A stretch of 64,000 nucleotides of DNA from an uncultured Candidatus Saccharibacteria bacterium (GCA_964641015.1 CAZXJN010000001.1:42733-106732), one strand, 5' to 3'. Counted from the stretch's first letter, positions 28,369-38,210 are shown. The notes: generated from the sequence alone by a model not told the origin. A program made the numbers and translations.

Positions 28369-30867
28369 CTACTTGGTCTTGGCAGGCTTTTCAGATTTTA
28401 GACTGAACGCCAAGCCTTTTTTACCAGCACCTACGCTCACGACATCACCTTTTTGGTACTTCTCGTCTAGGAGTCCTTCTGCAATCGCATCCTCTATCTC
28501 GTCTTGAATCAGCCGCCGCATAGGTCGTACGCCGTTCTTGGCATCATAGCCCTTTTTGAGCATCCACTGTTTAGCAGCTGGGGATACATTGAGTCCGATA
28601 CCTTTTTTGACCAGGCGTGAACGCAGTTCATCGAGCTGCAAGTCCATAATCTTGAGCGCGTCTTTTCGTGTCAGCGCACGGAACACCACGGTTTTATCAA
28701 TACGGTTCAGGAGCTCCGGCCGCATCAGCTTCTTCAGCTCATCAAGCACCTTGTGCTTGTTCTCATCATGAAGCTCATCAAGGTCATCAATGTCTTTCCT
28801 GCCAACCGCTGAAAAACCAAAGTTTGCTTCCTTTTGAAGCTTATCGGCCCCTATGTTGCTGGTCATAATGACAATGGTGTTTGTAAAATCAATTGCTCTT
28901 CCTTTGGCATCGCTGATTCGACCGTCCTCAAGCAGCTGCAGCAGCATATTGAATACGTCAGGGTGCGCCTTCTCAATTTCATCAAACAGCACCACGCTGT
29001 ACGGCTGCCGACGAATCTTATCTGTCAGCTGACCACCGTCATCGTATCCGACGTAGCCAGCCGGGGCGCCAACCAGCCGTGATACGTTGTGGTGCTCACC
29101 GAATTCGCTCATGTCTATCTTGACTAGTGCGGATTCAGAACCAAAGAATTCTCTTGCCAGCACCCGCGCGAGCTCTGTCTTGCCGACGCCGGTCGGGCCA
29201 AGGAAAATGAATGAACCAATTGGCCGGCTCGTCTGACCTATACCAATACGATTCCTGCGCACTGCGCGTGCTAATGCAGACACTGCCTCGTCTTGCCCGA
29301 TGATATGCTTGCCTAGTGACGATTCGAGATTGCGCAAATATTTTGCTTCGGACCGAATCACCTTGCTTACAGGCACGCCTGTCATGCGAGCCACCACATC
29401 AGCAACATCCTCGCTGCTAAGCTTCAAGCGCTTGCTGTCTTTTGTCTTCTCTAGCAGCTTTTCAATTTTGGCACGAATTTGTGAGGCTTTTTGCTTGTAC
29501 TCAGCCGCCTTCTGGTATTCCTCTGCGTCCACGGCGTCATCAATGCGTACGTTGAGGAGTTTTAACTCCTTTTGCAACTTGCGCAGCTCCGGCGGCGTCT
29601 TGCCTTTATCTACACGTAAATGCGCTGCTGCTTCATCCAGCAGGTCAATTGCTTTGTCGGGCATGTAACGGTCATTGATGTAGCGCTTTGCCAAATTTAC
29701 GGTATCCTCCAGTACGTCGTCGCCAATTGCCACACCGTGAAATGTTTCATAATGCTTGCGTAATCCTTTGAGAATAGCAAGCGTCTCAGCTGCTGTCGTC
29801 TCTGGGACCTGGACCGGCTGGAAACGGCGCTCGAGCGCTGCATCCTTTTCGACATATTTTGTATATTCGCTGGTAGTTGTCGCGCCAATCATTTGAATTT
29901 TACCGCGTGCCAGTGCCGGCTTTAATATATTCCCTGCATCCATGGAACCCTCAGCCGCACCCGCTCCTACAATAAGGTGAAGCTCATCGATAAACACTAC
30001 GGTCTTTTTATCGTCCTCGAGTTCGGACATTACTTTTTTCAGGCGCTCTTCAAACTCACCGCGATACTTTGTTCCGGCAATCATTCCAGCAAGATCCAGC
30101 ATCACAATACGCTTATCGAGCAAGCTGTCAGGCACGTCCTCGCTCACAATCCGCTGCGCCAGACCTTCGACAATGGCTGTCTTACCCACGCCAGGCTCAC
30201 CGATAAGCACCGGGTTGTTCTTGGTGCGGCGGTTTAGGATGGTAATTACGCGACGGATTTGCGCCTCACGCCCTACTACCGGATCAAGCTTGCCGCTCCG
30301 CGCCTGCGCGGTGATATCAGACCCGTACTGGTCTAGTGTTGACTTGCCACGGGTACGCTTGCCGCGGCGACGAGTCGCATTATCAGTATCGCTGGCGTGT
30401 TCGTAGTGCTGACGATTAAGGAACTGCTCCAGCTCGGCTACCAGCTGGTCAGTGTTTACGCTCATGTCGCGAAGCAAGGTGGTAGCTCGTGCGTTTTTCT
30501 GACTAAGAATACTGTAGAGGATATGTTCTGTACCGCAATACTCCTGATGGAACTCCTGAGCAAGCTCATACGCCATCCGAAGGGTTAGTTTCGCGGTCTC
30601 ACTAAGCGCTTTGGTGCCCATATTAATTACAATACTGTTAGGTGTAAGATTAAGCGCAAGACGTGCGCGCTCTAAGGTAACACCAGAGCCTTCAAGCACC
30701 TTGGCGCCCATTGAGCTGTCCTGAGCCAGCACTCCTAGCAGCAGGTGCTCCGTGCCGATATATTGGCTATTAAAGCTTCGGGCAATCGCATCGGCATGTT
30801 TGAGGCTCTGCAGCGCATTATCAGTGAGGTGATTCAAAAATTCTTGAAAGTCTGGTGAATTTTGCAT
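28369..30867 (-). CDS. clpC: ATP-dependent Clp protease ATP-binding subunit ClpC (class III AAA+)
   Basis: Two Clp_N repeats and two AAA+ modules (GEPGVGKT…, GPTGVGKT…). Start moved from the TTG-initiated ORF-track start (30888) to ATG 30867. Confidence 0.9.
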   Translation of the reverse strand: MQNSPDFQEFLNHLTDNALQSLKHADAIARSFNSQYIGTEHLLLGVLAQDSSMGAKVLEGSGVTLERARLALNLTPNSIVINMGTKALSETAKLTLRMAYELAQEFHQEYCGTEHILYSILSQKNARATTLLRDMSVNTDQLVAELEQFLNRQHYEHASDTDNATRRRGKRTRGKSTLDQYGSDITAQARSGKLDPVVGREAQIRRVITILNRRTKNNPVLIGEPGVGKTAIVEGLAQRIVSEDVPDSLLDKRIVMLDLAGMIAGTKYRGEFEERLKKVMSELEDDKKTVVFIDELHLIVGAGAAEGSMDAGNILKPALARGKIQMIGATTTSEYTKYVEKDAALERRFQPVQVPETTAAETLAILKGLRKHYETFHGVAIGDDVLEDTVNLAKRYINDRYMPDKAIDLLDEAAAHLRVDKGKTPPELRKLQKELKLLNVRIDDAVDAEEYQKAAEYKQKASQIRAKIEKLLEKTKDSKRLKLSSEDVADVVARMTGVPVSKVIRSEAKYLRNLESSLGKHIIGQDEAVSALARAVRRNRIGIGQTSRPIGSFIFLGPTGVGKTELARVLAREFFGSESALVKIDMSEFGEHHNVSRLVGAPAGYVGYDDGGQLTDKIRRQPYSVVLFDEIEKAHPDVFNMLLQLLEDGRISDAKGRAIDFTNTIVIMTSNIGADKLQKEANFGFSAVGRKDIDDLDELHDENKHKVLDELKKLMRPELLNRIDKTVVFRALTRKDALKIMDLQLDELRSRLVKKGIGLNVSPAAKQWMLKKGYDAKNGVRPMRRLIQDEIEDAIAEGLLDEKYQKGDVVSVGAGKKGLAFSLKSEKPAKTK

Positions 30868-30887
30868 AGTACCTACATCATACCACA

Positions 30888-30918
30888 AGTTAGCACTCGC
30901 ATGTCAAGAGTGCTAACT
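30888..30918. promoter_or_regulatory. CIRCE operator (HrcA-type) upstream of clpC
   Basis: agTTAGCACTCgcatgtcaaGAGTGCTAActgtc. Perfect match to TTAGCACTC-N9-GAGTGCTAA, 22 nt upstream of the clpC ATG. Confidence 0.6.
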
Positions 30919-31373
30919 GTCCAGAAGCGCGTACCAGCAAGAAAAAACAGGTGTCAAAAGCCCGAACATCCGAACTATAGTTATAAACCCTGGATTACCA
31001 GAGGCAACAGCTTTTATTGTAATTTTTACATTGGTTGCTGCAAAAACCTGTACAGGCTTATCGGCGCCAGCCATTATGAACCGGCTGGAATATTCTTGCC
31101 CTGCGGCTGCTCCCTCGTAGATGAGAAGAGCTATATGCCAGAGCACTGCCACCAATAGCCACCGCTATGACGGATGAAGGGTTGAACTTCTGCACGGTTT
31201 CATCTGCATGGCAATCAGATTCGTAAAAAACAGTCGAAGCACAGTCTATGCTTTCAGCCTGAAACCTGCTAATGCTCTCTGCTGCATCCAGTCGTGCGGC
31301 AAACCCTATTGCAGCAGCGGCGGCGGCGAGCCCGAAAATAACTCTTTCCGGATGGCCGCGCTCTCTCAACTCG

Positions 31374-32531
31374 CTACTCCCCGTGCTCTTCGATAGCTTC
31401 GAGCAGGCTGCTCTCAAGCTGATCTTTACGTTTGAGCTTCTGCACGGGTTTAACCGCCTCTACGGTCGTACCACCTTCAGCGGACTCAGCCGGCTTGTCT
31501 GCCACAATATCTATATCGTACCCTGTCAGCTTGCTTGCCAGACGGACGTTTTGTCCGCTCTTGCCAATCGCAATGCTCAGCTGATCTTCGTCGACAGCCA
31601 CACGAGCCTTTTTGGCCGCTTCATCGATTTCAACAGAATTTACCTTGGTAGGACTGAGCGCATTGTTGATATAGGTCTTGGCATCTTCGTCCCAGACGAC
31701 TATGTCAATCTTTTCCTGCTCGCCTACTTCGCTCATGACTGCGTTGACGCGTGTGCCGTGACCGCCGACAAACGTGCCGACAGGATCAACGCCCTGCACG
31801 GTGCTGGCTACTGCAATCTTGCTGCGCACGCCTGGTTCGCGAGCGATGCCCTGTATACTGACCGCACCGCTTTCCATTTCTGGCACCTCTGCACGAAACA
31901 GCCACTCGATAAATTCCGGGCAGCCGCGTGATACGACAAGCTGCGGGCCGCGGAATCCGCGTTCAATATCCTTGAGATACACCTTGAGGCGTTGGCCAGG
32001 ATAGTAGCGCTCACCTTGGATTTGCTCACTTCGCGGCATAATCGCCTGTGCCTTACCCAGCTCCATTCGGGTAATATTCCCCTCGACCCGAGACACAATA
32101 CCGTTCACCACTGTGCCGATTTTGTCTTCGAACTCTGCCATAACGATTTCGCGCTCGGCTTCACGCAAGCGCTGCAAAATAACCTGCTTTGCAGTTTGAG
32201 CGGCCACCCGGCCAAATGACTCAACTTTTTGATGAATCTCAACCACATCATCAAGGGCGGCGTTCTTTTTTATGGCCTGTGCTTCGCTAAGACTAATCTC
32301 AGTGTGCTCGTCTTCAACTTTTTCTACCACCACCTTTGAGATATACGCGTCAACATCACCGCTGTTTAGGTCCATGGTCACACGTACTTCCTGCTCGCGA
32401 TCACCATAATCACGACGATAAGCAGCGGCAAGCGCCTGCTCTACTACATCTTTTACGATTTCCTCGCTCAGATTCTTTTCCTCGGCGATTGCCTGGATAG
32501 CCGTTGCGAGTTGTTTAAAATCAAGTTCCAT
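31374..32531 (-). CDS. nusA: Transcription termination/antitermination factor NusA
   Basis: N-terminal domain, S1 and two KH domains (…GKSGQNVRLASKLTGYDIDI…). Start set at ATG 32531, which has an AGGAG RBS. The ORF-track start 32579 is an upstream extension. Confidence 0.92.
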   Translation of the reverse strand: MELDFKQLATAIQAIAEEKNLSEEIVKDVVEQALAAAYRRDYGDREQEVRVTMDLNSGDVDAYISKVVVEKVEDEHTEISLSEAQAIKKNAALDDVVEIHQKVESFGRVAAQTAKQVILQRLREAEREIVMAEFEDKIGTVVNGIVSRVEGNITRMELGKAQAIMPRSEQIQGERYYPGQRLKVYLKDIERGFRGPQLVVSRGCPEFIEWLFRAEVPEMESGAVSIQGIAREPGVRSKIAVASTVQGVDPVGTFVGGHGTRVNAVMSEVGEQEKIDIVVWDEDAKTYINNALSPTKVNSVEIDEAAKKARVAVDEDQLSIAIGKSGQNVRLASKLTGYDIDIVADKPAESAEGGTTVEAVKPVQKLKRKDQLESSLLEAIEEHGE

Positions 32532-32681
32532 TATATTTTCTACTCCTGAATTTATTGTTTTCAAATTTCCTTTTTTCATAAGTTACTTTAGGTCAGTACA
32601 ACCACAGTGGTATGAAAAAACCCGACCAATCTGGCCGGGCGAACTGGTGATAGTATACGGGAATCTGCTAAAAAAGTAAAC

Positions 32682-32718
32682 AAAAAAACCGGCGCCCATC
32701 CGAAATGCCGGTTTTTTC
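32682..32718. terminator. Bidirectional rho-independent terminator in the divergent nusA/aminopeptidase spacer
   Basis: AAAAAACCGGC-gcccatccgaaat-GCCGGTTTTTT. A GC-rich stem flanked by an A-tract and a T-tract. Confidence 0.5.
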
Positions 32719-32816
32719 TGATGTCGTACGACTAGCGTACAAGCTGCCGCGACTCGCGGTCTCTTTGCCATCCGAACATGTTTTAATCCTTTTTTGTTTT
32801 TGGTTCGTGCTCCTAG

Positions 32817-32845
32817 TTTAGCACAAGTAACATAGGCTGGTACAA
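32817..32845 (+). promoter_or_regulatory. Promoter of the M1 aminopeptidase gene (leaderless configuration)
   Basis: TTAGCA-N17-TACAAT, with the -10 ending 7 nt before ATG 32854. Confidence 0.4.
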
Positions 32846-32853
32846 TACTTTAT

Positions 32854-35394
32854 ATGAAAAGAAGTGTGACCAGACTGTATGAACAGTTCATTCCAAAAAA
32901 TTATCAACTCAATATAAGTATCGACCCAGACAAGAATACCTTTGCCGGTACGGTCATCATTAAGGGTAAAAAGGTAGGCCGCCCATCGCGGCGCATTACC
33001 TTTCATCAAAAGGATCTGCGTATTACAAGCGCCACGCTAACTCGCCATGAAAAGGGCGCTGATACATCTATTGAGATAAGCCGCATCAATAATCAGAAAT
33101 CTTTTGATGAAGTCCGGCTGCATACAAACCACACTATCTTTCCCGGCGCCTACACGGTAGAGCTTGCGTTCAGCGGCAAAATTACCGATCCAATGAACGG
33201 TCTCTACCCGTGCTATTTCACGCATGACGGCCAGGACAAAAAGCTTTTTGCCACCCAGTTCGAAAGCCATCATGCCCGAGAGGTATTCCCCTGCATCGAC
33301 GAGCCGGAAGCCAAGGCGACATTCGATCTTGCGCTTGTTACGCCTAATGACAAAGGCACCGTGCTTGCCAACACCCCCGTACTTGAGCAGGAGATAAAGG
33401 ATAACCAGCGAATAACAAAGTTTGAAACGACGCCGATAATGTCCACCTATCTGCTGGCATTCGTTTACGGCGAAATAGGATACAAGGAAAGCAAGACCAA
33501 ACGAGGCACACTGGTGCGCACCTATGCGACACCTGACAATGTGCGATTCACTGATTTTGCGCTGGATACGGCTGTTAGGACGCTGGAATTTTATGAAGAT
33601 TACTTCGATATTCCTTACCCGCTGGAGAAATGCGACATGATCGCCCTGCCGGATTTTGCCAGCGGCGCTATGGAGAATTGGGGACTCATCACCTACCGCG
33701 AGCAGACCATGCTGGTTGACCCAGCTAACACCAGCCTGACCACCAAGCAGTACGTAGCAATGGTAATCGGCCATGAGCTGGCCCACCAGTGGTTCGGCAA
33801 TCTGGTCACTATGAAGTGGTGGACGGACCTTTGGCTCAACGAAGGTTTTGCCTCCTGGATTGAATACCTGGCCGTCGATCACCTCTATCCTGACTGGGAT
33901 ATGTGGACGCAATTTGTCACCAGCGAGCAGCAGTCTGCGCTGAAGCTTGATTCACTGGACAATACCCATCCCATCGAAGCACCGATCAATCATCCTGACG
34001 AAATCCGCAGCATCTTTGACGCAATCAGCTACAACAAAGGCGCCAGCGTCATCCATATGCTTTACGGCTATCTTGGACCTCGGGATTTCCAAAAAGGACT
34101 GCGCGACTACCTGAAAAAACATGCTTATAAGAACACCTCCACCAGCGATTTGTGGGCGGCGCTGGAAAAGGCGTCTGGCAAGCCTGTCAAAGATTTCATG
34201 CATGCATGGACATCACTGCCAGGCTTCCCGCTGCTTGCTGTCTCTAGCGACAAAGGCAAAATCAAGCTTGCCCAAGGCAGGTTCTATATGGTTGAACCCG
34301 CCAACACCACCCGGACCAACTGGCCGATTCCAGTGCTCGGACCAAAAGCTGCGCCAGACACTCTGGACACAGCCACCGGCGAATATACTTCTAGAGCCTT
34401 CTCTAAGCTCAATCAAGGCCAGACCGGCTTTTATCGCACGCTTTACTCATCAGAGATACTTGAAAATCTTGCAGAACAAATCCCTGACATGGACCCGCTC
34501 GATAGATTAGGCATCCTCTCCGACGTTTTCGAGACAGCCAAGGCCGGCTATGGCTCAGGGGTAGAGGCATTGAAGCTGCTGGAAAAATACCAAGACGAGG
34601 ACAACGCCGCAGTCTGGGACATTATCGCTGCCAATCTCGGTGAGATCAGGCGAGTCATGGATGACGAACAGCTGCGCGAAGCAATCAAGCCGCTTATAGT
34701 CAGGCTGACTGCCAAGCAGGTCAAGCGTCTCGGCTTCAAGGAAAAGAAAACCGACACTCATTTTGACAAGCTGCTTCGCCCGACAGTCTTGGGCCTGGCC
34801 GCCAGCGCAGATGACAAGGATGTAGTCAAATGGTGCTTAGACAGCTTCAGCAAGATTAAATCTACCAGCGAAATCAACGCCGACCTGCGCAGCGTTGTAT
34901 TCAGCACATCAGCAAGGCTTGGCGACAAGACAACTTTTGCTAAACTGCTTCGGTTTCACAACCAAACCGACCTAAGCGAAGAGCGTACTACGCTGGCGGC
35001 GGCACTGACCAGCTTCAAGCAACCTGAGTTGATCGCTCAGTCACTCGGGCTCGTGACCAGTGCCGACGTACGGCGGCAAGACGCAATGTACTGGATTGCA
35101 TACAGCTTCATGAACCGCCATGCCAAAAAGGACACTTGGCAGTGGATGAAAGACAACTGGAAGTGGCTGGACCGCGAACTAGGTAGCGATCTGAGCTTTT
35201 ACCGCACTCCGATATACGCCGCCCGCAGTTTCAGCAGCAAAGATTTCATCAAGGAATACGACGAATTCTTTAATCCTAAGAGTTCGCCGGCGCTTGACCG
35301 CAGCATCAAACAGGGCCGCGAGATGCTTACTTGGCAGACCGCCTGGAAAGAGCGCGATCTTGACGATATCCAGTCATATTTGAAACAACAGTAA
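32854..35394 (+). CDS. pepN: M1-family aminopeptidase (aminopeptidase N-like)
   Basis: GAMENWGLITYRE exopeptidase motif. HELAHQWFGNLVTMKWWTDLWLNEGFA contains HExxH-x18-E. Confidence 0.9.
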   Translation: MKRSVTRLYEQFIPKNYQLNISIDPDKNTFAGTVIIKGKKVGRPSRRITFHQKDLRITSATLTRHEKGADTSIEISRINNQKSFDEVRLHTNHTIFPGAYTVELAFSGKITDPMNGLYPCYFTHDGQDKKLFATQFESHHAREVFPCIDEPEAKATFDLALVTPNDKGTVLANTPVLEQEIKDNQRITKFETTPIMSTYLLAFVYGEIGYKESKTKRGTLVRTYATPDNVRFTDFALDTAVRTLEFYEDYFDIPYPLEKCDMIALPDFASGAMENWGLITYREQTMLVDPANTSLTTKQYVAMVIGHELAHQWFGNLVTMKWWTDLWLNEGFASWIEYLAVDHLYPDWDMWTQFVTSEQQSALKLDSLDNTHPIEAPINHPDEIRSIFDAISYNKGASVIHMLYGYLGPRDFQKGLRDYLKKHAYKNTSTSDLWAALEKASGKPVKDFMHAWTSLPGFPLLAVSSDKGKIKLAQGRFYMVEPANTTRTNWPIPVLGPKAAPDTLDTATGEYTSRAFSKLNQGQTGFYRTLYSSEILENLAEQIPDMDPLDRLGILSDVFETAKAGYGSGVEALKLLEKYQDEDNAAVWDIIAANLGEIRRVMDDEQLREAIKPLIVRLTAKQVKRLGFKEKKTDTHFDKLLRPTVLGLAASADDKDVVKWCLDSFSKIKSTSEINADLRSVVFSTSARLGDKTTFAKLLRFHNQTDLSEERTTLAAALTSFKQPELIAQSLGLVTSADVRRQDAMYWIAYSFMNRHAKKDTWQWMKDNWKWLDRELGSDLSFYRTPIYAARSFSSKDFIKEYDEFFNPKSSPALDRSIKQGREMLTWQTAWKERDLDDIQSYLKQQ

Positions 35395-35400
35395 TACTAC

Positions 35401-35442
35401 TTGACATCCACTGACAAGTGTGATATAATTAGAAGATAGGGT
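35401..35442 (+). promoter_or_regulatory. Consensus promoter module A (TTGACA-N17-TGATATAAT-N7-TAGGGT), orphan
   Basis: TTGACA 35401-06, TATAAT 35424-29, TAGGGT 35437-42, then hairpin AGGG-tagttttt-CCCT. There is no plus-strand CDS downstream. It faces the 3' end of yraN, which is on the minus strand. Confidence 0.45.
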
Positions 35443-35467
35443 AGTTTTTCCCTGTCTGCGAAAAGAA

Positions 35468-35800
35468 CTACATCTCTTCTACGAAAATAAAATCTCCGGC
35501 ATCTACTCCGATAGCCGCCAGCTGGTATTCGCCTGTCCAAGCATTGTCTTTGACCCACATTTCGGCCGCAAAGCCCATTTGCTTCAACTTCTTGCTCGTC
35601 ACGTACTCCAGCCCCGACCCCTGCATCAGGCTGCGGCGTGACTTTACTTCCACAAAATATATGCGCTTGCTTTTACTGGCAATGATGTCGATTTCGCACC
35701 AGCGGGTTTTCCAGTTGATATCAACAATCTCAAAACCGAGTGACTTTAAATATTCTGCGGCCTGCTGCTCCGCATCATGCCCAGACGCATAGTTGCTCAC
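35468..35800 (-). CDS. yraN: YraN-family (UPF0102) putative endonuclease
   Basis: 110 aa. …CEIDIIA…VEVKSRR… is the restriction-endonuclease-like fold motif of UPF0102. Confidence 0.7.
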   Translation of the reverse strand: MSNYASGHDAEQQAAEYLKSLGFEIVDINWKTRWCEIDIIASKSKRIYFVEVKSRRSLMQGSGLEYVTSKKLKQMGFAAEMWVKDNAWTGEYQLAAIGVDAGDFIFVEEM

Positions 35801-36360
35801 AGGAGCTCCTTGATTGGCTTGAAGCTGCGGCGATGCAGGTCGCTCACACCATGCTTTTTTAACAGCTCGCTGTGAAGCCTGGTGCCGTAGCCAACGTGCC
35901 GGTCAAACTCATACACTCCGTAGCGCTCTGGAAGTTCAGACATGTATGCATCGCGGATCACTTTGGCATAAATACTGGCCGCACTCACTATCGGGAACAA
36001 GCTGTCTGCCTTGATTACAGCGCTCGCTCTGATGAATTTGTCATCACAGTAATTAATGTGGCCGTCAAAAATAATCGTTTCACTGTAGTCCGCCTTTAGA
36101 TTTTCCAGTGCTCGCTCGGTGCCGAGCCGCATCGCCTCGGACAGGCCGAAATGATCTATTTCAGCCGGCATCACCCAGCCTTCGCCGATATCGCAGGCTT
36201 TTTCTATCAACTCTTTCAGCTGACTGCGTACCAGCCGGCTGACCTTTTTAGAATCCCGCAGTCCATCGGGCAGCTTGAAACGGTTGCGGGCAGCCACAAC
36301 CAGCAGCGGACCCGCCCAGCAGCCCCGGCCGACCTCATCAATACCTATCACCTGCTTCAT
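35797..36360 (-). CDS. rnhB: Ribonuclease HII
   Basis: MKQVIGIDEVGRGCWAGPLLVVAA is the N-terminal catalytic motif (DEVGRG). Confidence 0.9.
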   Translation of the reverse strand: MKQVIGIDEVGRGCWAGPLLVVAARNRFKLPDGLRDSKKVSRLVRSQLKELIEKACDIGEGWVMPAEIDHFGLSEAMRLGTERALENLKADYSETIIFDGHINYCDDKFIRASAVIKADSLFPIVSAASIYAKVIRDAYMSELPERYGVYEFDRHVGYGTRLHSELLKKHGVSDLHRRSFKPIKELL

Positions 36361-36448
36361 ACTAAGAAATTATAGATTAATTGCCCGCATAAAAGAAAAA
36401 CGGCCCGGTTTTGCAAGGGGCCGTTTTATTATATTCAGTGGCTATTTT

Positions 36449-36967
36449 TTAGGCGTCGTGCGCTTTTACCGCTTCTTCGAATTTTTTCTCTGTCTCGGCT
36501 TCTTCTTTGGCCTTAGCCTCTTCAGCTGCCTTGTGTTCAGCTTCGGCTTGAGCCTTTAGCTCGGCTTCGGCGGCTGCGATAGCTGGGTCTTCTTCGATAG
36601 TGTTAACTGAGTCCTTGTCAAAAGCCAAGCCAGTAAGACGGGCGGACTTACCGCGGCGATCGCGCATGTAGCTTAGGTAGTTGCGGCGAACTTTAGATCG
36701 CTTCGTTACTTCGATTTTAATCACAAGCGGCGAATGCAGTAGGTATGTTTTTTCTACACCGATACCACTGGCAATGCGACGCACTGTAATACTGCTGGTA
36801 TGAGAGCCTTTGCGGTCCGTACGAATAACGAGGCCTTCAAAAATCTGAATACGCTCTTTATTACCTTCTTTGATTTTCTGATGCACGCGAACAGTATCGC
36901 CGGAACGAACGTCAACGACCTGGTGCTTAGCCTGTGCGGCTTTAAGGGATTTGATTGCTGCTTCCAT
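36449..36967 (-). CDS. rplS: 50S ribosomal protein L19 with ~55-aa Ala/Glu/Lys-rich C-terminal extension
   Basis: …VVDVRSGDTVRVHQKIKEGNKERIQIFEGLVI… is the L19 core. Tail is AAEAELKAQAEAEHKAAEEAKAKEEAETEKK. Confidence 0.9.
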   Translation of the reverse strand: MEAAIKSLKAAQAKHQVVDVRSGDTVRVHQKIKEGNKERIQIFEGLVIRTDRKGSHTSSITVRRIASGIGVEKTYLLHSPLVIKIEVTKRSKVRRNYLSYMRDRRGKSARLTGLAFDKDSVNTIEEDPAIAAAEAELKAQAEAEHKAAEEAKAKEEAETEKKFEEAVKAHDA

Positions 36968-37062
36968 AACTCGGGTAAGTATACGCTATTTTACCTCTTT
37001 AGGCAAGGGGTTTCGTAAAATACAATTACGTTTATTGGTGAAACAGCCTACAATAGAACCCA

Positions 37063-38210
37063 TGGATATTTACGAACTTGCATTACAACTTCACAAAGAA
37101 CATAAGGGCAAAATCACTACCTCCCTACGCGACAGCGTTGATTCAAAAGAAAAACTCTCTGCCTACTACAGCCCTGGCGTAGGTGGTGTTGCCAAGCACG
37201 TTGCCGAACATCCTACTGAGCTTCGTGACTATACCTGGACTAACAATCTTGTAGCCGTGGTTTCTGACGGATCAGCGGTACTTGGCCTCGGTGACATTGG
37301 CCCATACGGTGCTATGCCTGTAATGGAAGGTAAGGCCATGTTGTTCAAACACTTTGCTGGCATTGATGCAGTACCCATAGTGCTTGATGTGCATGAACCT
37401 GAGGAAATTATTGCAGCAATCAAAGCAATCGCCCCGTCGTTTGGCGGTATCAACCTGGAAGATATTGCCGCACCCAAATGCTTTGAAATCGAGGAGCGCC
37501 TGAAAGCCGAGCTGAATATTCCAGTCATGCACGACGACCAGCACGGCACTGCTATCGTAACTCTTGCCGGGCTGATAAACGCTACCAAGGTTACCGGCCG
37601 CGATCTCGACAAGGCTCGCATCGTGGTAGTCGGGGCTGGCGCTGCTGGCACGGCAATTATCAAATTGCTCAATCTCTATACCAGCGCCGAGATCCTGGCT
37701 GTTGACAGCAAAGGCATCATCAGCAAGGACCGCACTGATCTCAATGACGAAAAGCGCTCGCTGCTGGTGTTTACTAATCCTAATCACATCAATGGTAGCC
37801 TGGAGCATGCGCTGATGGGTGCCGATATATTTATCGGGGTGTCAAAAGCCGGGCTGCTCAATGAGCACCTGGTGCGCAGCATGGCTGATAATCCGATTAT
37901 CTTTGCCATGGCTAATCCCGAGCCGGAAATTATGCCGGATATTGCTATCGCTGCAGGCGCTGCCGTAGTTGCTACCGGCCGCAGTGATTTTCCTAATCAG
38001 GTCAACAACTCGCTTGGCTTCCCGGGCATATTCCGCGGAGCGCTGGATAATGGAGTCACAAAGATTACCGACGGTCATAAGCTTGCCGCCGCCAAAGCGC
38101 TAGCGAACCTCGTGCCAGAACCAACGGCCGACCGCATTATTCCCGGCCCGTTCGACCCCGGCGTAGTAGAGGCCGTGGCGGCTGCCATCCAGCCTGAAAA
38201 TACTCCCTAA
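37063..38210 (+). CDS. NAD(P)-dependent malic enzyme (short prokaryotic type)
   Basis: …YSPGVGGVAKHV…VVSDGSAVLGLGDIGPYGAMPVMEGKA…VVVGAGAAGTAI…. Start set at MDIYELALQ (ATG 37063); the ORF-track start 36951 overlaps rplS. Confidence 0.85.

Noticed and set aside
32583-32771. 62-aa ORF MAKRPRVAAACTLVVRHQKK… in the nusA/aminopeptidase spacer
   Set aside because: It reads directly through the GC-rich terminator stem-loop, has no RBS and has odd composition. It is more likely non-coding.
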